DNA of 64,000 nt from contig JAKCDM010000002.1 in the NCBI GenBank assembly GCA_021841865.1, positions 2,071 to 66,070 of the forward strand. Direction: 5' to 3'. A program made the translations under genes and the position numbers. The stretch comes from Pseudomonadota bacterium (GTDB lineage: Bacteria > Pseudomonadota > Gammaproteobacteria > Burkholderiales > Burkholderiaceae_C). Within the stretch, counting starts at the first letter, position 1; each line of letters starts with the position of its first letter. The notes below the pieces were generated by a model, which saw nothing but the letters and a program-made list of their open reading frames with translations, searched no databases and was not told the origin of the DNA. Below, in pieces: positions 59,488 through 64,000 of this stretch.

Positions 59488-60252
59488 ATGACGTCCCCCA
59501 ACAGCAGGCTCCGGCTCGAATTCCTCGGCATGCCGAAGATGGTCCGTGACGGCGTGGCCACGACCATCTCCGACCGCAAGCTGGCCCTGTTGCTGTTCAT
59601 GCTGGCGGCCAGGGGCCGCTGCGCTCGCATCGACCTGGCTGCCTGCCTGTGGCCGGAGGCCGATCCCGACAAGCAGCTGGCCAGCATGCGCCTGCGGGTG
59701 CACAAGTTGCGACAGCTGGAGCCGGCGCTGCTCGGCAGCGACGGCGCCGAACTGCAGCTGTCGGCGCAGGTCGAGCACGACCTGAGCTCGCTGCGCCGCT
59801 CCCAGGACATGCCGCTGGAAACCGCGCTTGCGCTGGCCGATACGCCGCTGCTCAGCGGCATCGACCTGCGCGGCCTCGAGCAGATCGAGTGCATGGTCGA
59901 GGGCTTTCGCGACCTGATGGTCGCGCAGGCCGTCGACGCCATCGTGCGCGAGGTGCTGTCGCAACGAGCCGAGGCCCGGATGCAGCGCTGCATCGAGCTG
60001 CTGCACAAGGTGCTGGTGCTGGCGCCGCTCAACGAGTCGGCGTGTCGGCACCTGATGCTGTGCCATCTGCTCGACCACGACCGCTCGTCGGCGCTGCGTG
60101 TGTTCGAGCGCTTCCGCGAGACCACGCGCCGGCTGCTGGGAGTCGAGCCCGGCGTGCACACCACCCGGCTGCACGCGCGCATCCTGCTCGACGAGCAGCA
60201 GGTGCTGGACGAGTTCGTCGCCAGGCGCGAGCGACCGCTGGCGACGGCCTGA
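59488..60252 (+). CDS. SARP-like regulator (winged helix plus BTAD)
   Basis: LEFLGMP, KLALLL..L, R..LA..LWP, LR..VHKLR, L...PL.E...R.LM, AL..FERFR...LLGVEP motifs. Confidence 0.8.
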   Translation: MTSPNSRLRLEFLGMPKMVRDGVATTISDRKLALLLFMLAARGRCARIDLAACLWPEADPDKQLASMRLRVHKLRQLEPALLGSDGAELQLSAQVEHDLSSLRRSQDMPLETALALADTPLLSGIDLRGLEQIECMVEGFRDLMVAQAVDAIVREVLSQRAEARMQRCIELLHKVLVLAPLNESACRHLMLCHLLDHDRSSALRVFERFRETTRRLLGVEPGVHTTRLHARILLDEQQVLDEFVARRERPLATA

Positions 60253-60568
60253 AGCCAGCGGCCGCGCCGGGGGATCCCGGCGGCCCCGCGGTAATCCACA
60301 GAAGCTGTGGGAATCCGCCCTCTTGACACGCCCGCGAGCCCCGCAAACGCGGGCGCCGACTGGGCTGCCCAACTTTTGGGCAGCCGGAACCGGCACCTGG
60401 CGTGTGCCACGCAGCCCGGAGCCGTGGCCGAGGCGACGCCGGATGCCCCACACCCTGGCAAAATAGCGTCTGTTCATACCGTGGCCAATCCGCCGCGCCC
60501 TGCGCGACGGCGGCCGCAGCGGGGGGATCATGGCACGGGCACGCGGCCCAACCGACCAGGAGAGCTCG

Positions 60569-60901
60569 ATGACGATGCACAGTCACCCGAAAACACCCAT
60601 TCACGCCAGTCGAGGCGGCGCGCTGCGCCTGCTCGGCACCGCCGGCGCGCTGCTCATCGCCTGCGGCAGCGCAGGCGCCGTGACCCTGTCCCAGTACGGA
60701 CACGACCTGAAGCAGGACGCTTCGCATGCCGGCCACGCCATCGTGCGCGTCGGGGCCGATACCGGACATGGTGTCGTGCATGCGGCCAAGACCGTCGGCT
60801 CGGACGTGGCCCATGGAGTCAAGCACGGCTACCACGCCACGCGCAAGGCGCTGAGCAGCTCGCATTCGAGTTCGGCCGGCAAGCAGGCCGGGACGCGCTG
60901 A
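60569..60901 (+). CDS. Small secreted His/Gly-rich protein with 11-residue repeats
   Basis: AGGAG RBS; signal-like hydrophobic stretch; GH-anchored 11-mer periodicity. Confidence 0.7.
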   Translation: MTMHSHPKTPIHASRGGALRLLGTAGALLIACGSAGAVTLSQYGHDLKQDASHAGHAIVRVGADTGHGVVHAAKTVGSDVAHGVKHGYHATRKALSSSHSSSAGKQAGTR

Positions 60902-61028
60902 TCCGCGCCGGGTCGCCTCGTGCTCGCCGCGGCACGGGGCGACGATCGTCAGCTCGGCGTGAGCCCGGCGTGACGATCCGGCTCGGGGTGTCTGTCGGGA
61001 TCGCCCCGGGCTTCGCTAAATTCGGGCA

Positions 61029-62285
61029 ATGAGCTGGGGCGCAGTGCCCTGGCTGCGGCGAGCCCCCGGCCCTGCAATGCAGCCCATGAACGGACCCGAA
61101 CCCGAAGCGGCAAGCCAGAGCCAGGCCGGCGCCCCGAGCGACGAGGTCGACACCTCGTCGGACCAGGCGCGGGCACTGCTGCGGACCATTCCGGTGGGGC
61201 TTGCCGGCAGCGTGATTCCGGCCGCCGTGGTGGCCTGGATCCTGCGCGACCAGGCGAGCGCCGATCGCCTGCTGGCCTGGCTGGCCGTGCTGCTGGCGGC
61301 GCATGCCGGACGCATCGGCGTGTGGCTGGCCGCGCGCCGCGACATGGCACGCACTCGCAACGCCAGGCGCTGGCTGCTGTGGCTGCGCGCGAGCGTGTTC
61401 GGACTGGGCCTGTCGTGGGCCGTGCTGCCGCTGATCGTCGCTCCGGGCACGCCCTTCGACGAGCTCCTGGTCGCTTCCGTGGTCATCGCGGTGTGCGGCG
61501 CCGGCGTCGCCCAGCAATCGTCCGATGCGCCGTCCGCGCTGCTGTTCACGCTGCCTTCGGCGCTGGTGGTGTGCGCGCGTCTACTCGGCGCGCAGGATTC
61601 GGCGCTGCGCTCGGTGGGCGGCTTGAGCGTGCTGTATTTCGCGTATCTGACGGTGGCCACGTACCGCATCCAGTCGTCGTTCCTCGAGTTGTCACGCATG
61701 CATGCGCACGCATCGCGGCGCTCGCTGCACGACGAGCTCACCGGGCTGCCCAACCGCCATGCGCTGCACCAGCGGCTGCAGCTGGCGCTGGCGCGTGCCC
61801 GGCGCAACGGCACCGAGGTCGCGGTGGGCTACATCGACCTCGACGATTTCAAGCAGGTCAACGACCGCCTCGGCCACGATGCCGGCGACGCGCTGCTGCG
61901 CGAGGCCGCGCGACGCTGGCGGCAGGCGCTGCGCGCCAGCGAGATCGTGGCGCGCCTGGGCGGCGACGAGTTCGCCGTGGTCATCGAGGATATCGACCCG
62001 CAGCGTGCCGCGCTGGAGCTCGGCGCGGCCTTCTCCCGCATCGAGGCCGCCACGGCCACGCCGATCCGCGTGGCTCCGAACGAACTGGCGCGGCTGCACA
62101 TGACCATGGGCGTGGCGCGCTACCCGGTCGACGCAAACGACATGGACATGCTGCTGCGACAGGCGGATATCGCGATGTACCAGCTCAAGCAGCGCAAGGC
62201 CACGCGGACGAGCTGGTGGCAACTGGGCCTGCACGACGAAGCGGCGGTCGAGCCGCAGCGGACCTCGCCGCCGGCGAGCCCGTGA
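61029..62285 (+). CDS. Membrane-bound diguanylate cyclase (about 5-6 TM plus GGDEF); start may be 61077
   Basis: Hydrophobic N-terminal region; HDELTGLPNR, IDLDDFKQVND..GH.AGD and ARLGGDEF motifs. Confidence 0.9.
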   Translation: MSWGAVPWLRRAPGPAMQPMNGPEPEAASQSQAGAPSDEVDTSSDQARALLRTIPVGLAGSVIPAAVVAWILRDQASADRLLAWLAVLLAAHAGRIGVWLAARRDMARTRNARRWLLWLRASVFGLGLSWAVLPLIVAPGTPFDELLVASVVIAVCGAGVAQQSSDAPSALLFTLPSALVVCARLLGAQDSALRSVGGLSVLYFAYLTVATYRIQSSFLELSRMHAHASRRSLHDELTGLPNRHALHQRLQLALARARRNGTEVAVGYIDLDDFKQVNDRLGHDAGDALLREAARRWRQALRASEIVARLGGDEFAVVIEDIDPQRAALELGAAFSRIEAATATPIRVAPNELARLHMTMGVARYPVDANDMDMLLRQADIAMYQLKQRKATRTSWWQLGLHDEAAVEPQRTSPPASP

Positions 62286-62337
62286 AGCATCGCGTGGCGC
62301 GCTGCCGGCGGCGGCCAGCGCAGCCGCGTGCCCGGCT

Positions 62338-63162
62338 TCAGATGGCGTCGGCGACTCGCGCCAGGCCGCGAAACACCGGCCTGGCGAACAGGAAGCCCTG
62401 GAACAGGCGAACGCCTTCGTGCAGGAAGAAGTCGCGCTCGCCGGGGGTTTCGATGCCCTCGACGACCAGCGCGATTCCCATGTCCTGGGCCATGCGGATC
62501 ACCGCGCGGGCGATCGCCTGGCGTGCCGGAAGCTTGTCCACGTTGCGCACGAGGTCCATGTCGAGCTTGATCACGTCGGGCTGGAAATCGGCCAGCAGGC
62601 GCAAACCGGCGTAGCCCGCGCCGAAATCGTCGATCGCGGTGAGAAAGCCCTGGCGCTTGTACTCGCGCAGGATCTGCGCGAACCAGGGACCATCCTCGAT
62701 GCGGTCACCCTCGGTGACCTCGAAGATCACGTGCCCGACGTCGAGGCCGCGCTTGCGGGCGATCTGCAACGTGGTCTGGATGCAGACCTCCGGCCGGTAC
62801 ACGGCGTGCGGCAGGAAGTTGATCGACAACCTCTCGCTGCCGCGCTCGATCAGGCCGAGGTCGCATGCGAGGTCGATGGCCACCACCCGGCAGGCCTGGT
62901 CGAACTGATAGCGGTCGGCATCGCTGACGCGCCCGAGCACGCTTCCCGCAGGCTCTCCGGCCGGCCCGCGCACCAGCGCCTCGTGCGCGAAGATGCTGCG
63001 CGACACCAGGTCGACGATCGGCTGGTAGCCGAAGCTGAACTCGAAGGGACTTTGCAGGCCATCGCGGCAGATGGCACAACCGGCGGCCTCGCCCGGTGCG
63101 CAGCGAGGCCCGGCCTCGGCGGGGTGCTGGACGGGCTCATCGCCTTGTTGGGTGGTCGACAT
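62338..63162 (-). CDS. Stand-alone EAL phosphodiesterase with an N-terminal CxxC
   Basis: GCAICRDG, YQPIVD, HEALVRG, SINFLP, FEVTE, IDDFGAGYAGL, IKLD, EGIET and QGFLF motifs. Confidence 0.9.
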   Translation of the reverse strand: MSTTQQGDEPVQHPAEAGPRCAPGEAAGCAICRDGLQSPFEFSFGYQPIVDLVSRSIFAHEALVRGPAGEPAGSVLGRVSDADRYQFDQACRVVAIDLACDLGLIERGSERLSINFLPHAVYRPEVCIQTTLQIARKRGLDVGHVIFEVTEGDRIEDGPWFAQILREYKRQGFLTAIDDFGAGYAGLRLLADFQPDVIKLDMDLVRNVDKLPARQAIARAVIRMAQDMGIALVVEGIETPGERDFFLHEGVRLFQGFLFARPVFRGLARVADAI

Positions 63163-63268
63163 ACTGGTGACAATTCTTGCCGATCGCCGCGCGCCGCGCA
63201 AGCCGCATTGCGCGCTGCAGGATCCGGCAATGATTCGTTACGCGGCCATTAGCAGGCTGTTCGACCCG

Positions 63269-64000
63269 TCAGGCCGTCAGCACATGCCAGCAGGTCTGCG
63301 CGGCGCCGGCGAGCTCGGCTTGCCGCAATGCGCCGCGGGCCACGCGCAACAGCCCTGCCGCATGCTCGGAATGCGCCCGCGCCAACGCCACGCCGACCCT
63401 CAGCTCCAGCGACGTCCCGCTGGCCGCCTGCAGCGTATCGGTCCAGCGCCGAAGCACCTGGTCGAGCGCAGGCTCCGCACATGCGGGGTCCAGATCGCGG
63501 ATGAGCAGGCCGAACACCCCGTCGTCGAGCAACGCGACCAGGTCGCGTTGCCGGGAGGTCGCGCGCAGCAGGCGCGCGAACTCGCGTGGCGCGCGATCCC
63601 CGCCAGCCGATTCCTGCCTCTCGGCGCGGGCCACGCGCAACAGGCCCACCGCGAAGCAGCCCTGCTCCGATGCGCCGAGCGCGCAGGCTCGCCCGATGCG
63701 CTCGGCGAAAGCCAGCTCGTTGGGCAGCCCGGTACGCAGGTCGTGGCGCGCGGCGTAGCCCTGCAGTGCGCAGTCGCGCATCAGCCCGGCCTTCCAGTCG
63801 ATCTGGTCCAGCGCGTGGCCCAGCAGCTCACCGGCGCGGCCGACCAGCGCCAGCGCCGGCTCCGCCATGGCCTGCTCGCGCGCGCCGCCGAGCAACAGCA
63901 GCTGGCGCGTGCCGCCCGCGCGCCGCACCGGAGCCACGACCGCGCAATTCGCGCCGCCCCGCCCCTGCACGGTCTGTACCGAGCCATCGCGCCAGCTCCT
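63269..64000 (-). CDS. GAF plus degenerate GGDEF protein; 5' part lies beyond the window
   Basis: Frame stays open to base 64000; HDLRTGLPNE and RQRD-LVALL-DDGVF in place of GGDEF. Confidence 0.7.
   Translation of the reverse strand, partial: RSWRDGSVQTVQGRGGANCAVVAPVRRAGGTRQLLLLGGAREQAMAEPALALVGRAGELLGHALDQIDWKAGLMRDCALQGYAARHDLRTGLPNELAFAERIGRACALGASEQGCFAVGLLRVARAERQESAGGDRAPREFARLLRATSRQRDLVALLDDGVFGLLIRDLDPACAEPALDQVLRRWTDTLQAASGTSLELRVGVALARAHSEHAAGLLRVARGALRQAELAGAAQTCWHVLTA

Noticed and set aside
60363-60385. Possible IS3-type terminal repeat (CCAACTTTTGGG)
   Set aside because: No terminal TG..CA, no partner repeat and no transposase remnant; better explained as a palindromic binding site.

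Overview
High-GC bacterial DNA that looks like Burkholderiales/Betaproteobacteria (inferred from gene content and protein style). No rRNA, tRNA, CRISPR array or intact transposase was seen. It has five blocks. (1) 1-6.4 kb: the 2-methylcitrate propionate operon prpB-prpC-acnD-prpF, with a sigma54 promoter and a divergent, window-truncated prpR. (2) 6.4-14.7 kb: an Fe-ADH/thioesterase/VOC operon and a heavy-metal-type RND efflux system. (3) 14.8-51.9 kb: a large catabolic region for lignin-derived aromatics (pobA/pobR; fcs, a crotonase and a CouO-like amidohydrolase; vanAB/vanR; MarR; calA-like SDR; vdh; a Liv-type ABC importer and an SphA-like porin; protocatechuate 4,5-cleavage genes ligJ-ligK-orf-ligI-ligA-ligB-ligC; LysR; an HSD10-like SDR). 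(4) Inserted within block 3 at 36.1-43.1 kb: four co-oriented genes with a carbohydrate theme - a secreted protein with a cyanovirin-N-like (CVNH) repeat, an SLC45/sucrose-type MFS, a PBP-PAS-PAS-GGDEF*-EAL c-di-GMP enzyme, and an orphan polyol-binding protein with no ABC permease. This is my best candidate for an undescribed system (sugar-sensing c-di-GMP module). (5) 52-64 kb: a c-di-GMP-rich region (tandem HD-GYP, a ~1340-aa GAF-GAF-PAS-GGDEF-globin*-GAF-EAL-CZB-like protein, a membrane GGDEF, a stand-alone EAL, a degenerate GGDEF) with pagP, a SARP/BTAD regulator and small unknown proteins. A 25-bp LysR-type motif sits at nearly the same position in two promoters 14 kb apart (uptake operon and lig operon). 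All calls are by motif recognition only; no searches were run, and several start codons were re-chosen by eye.
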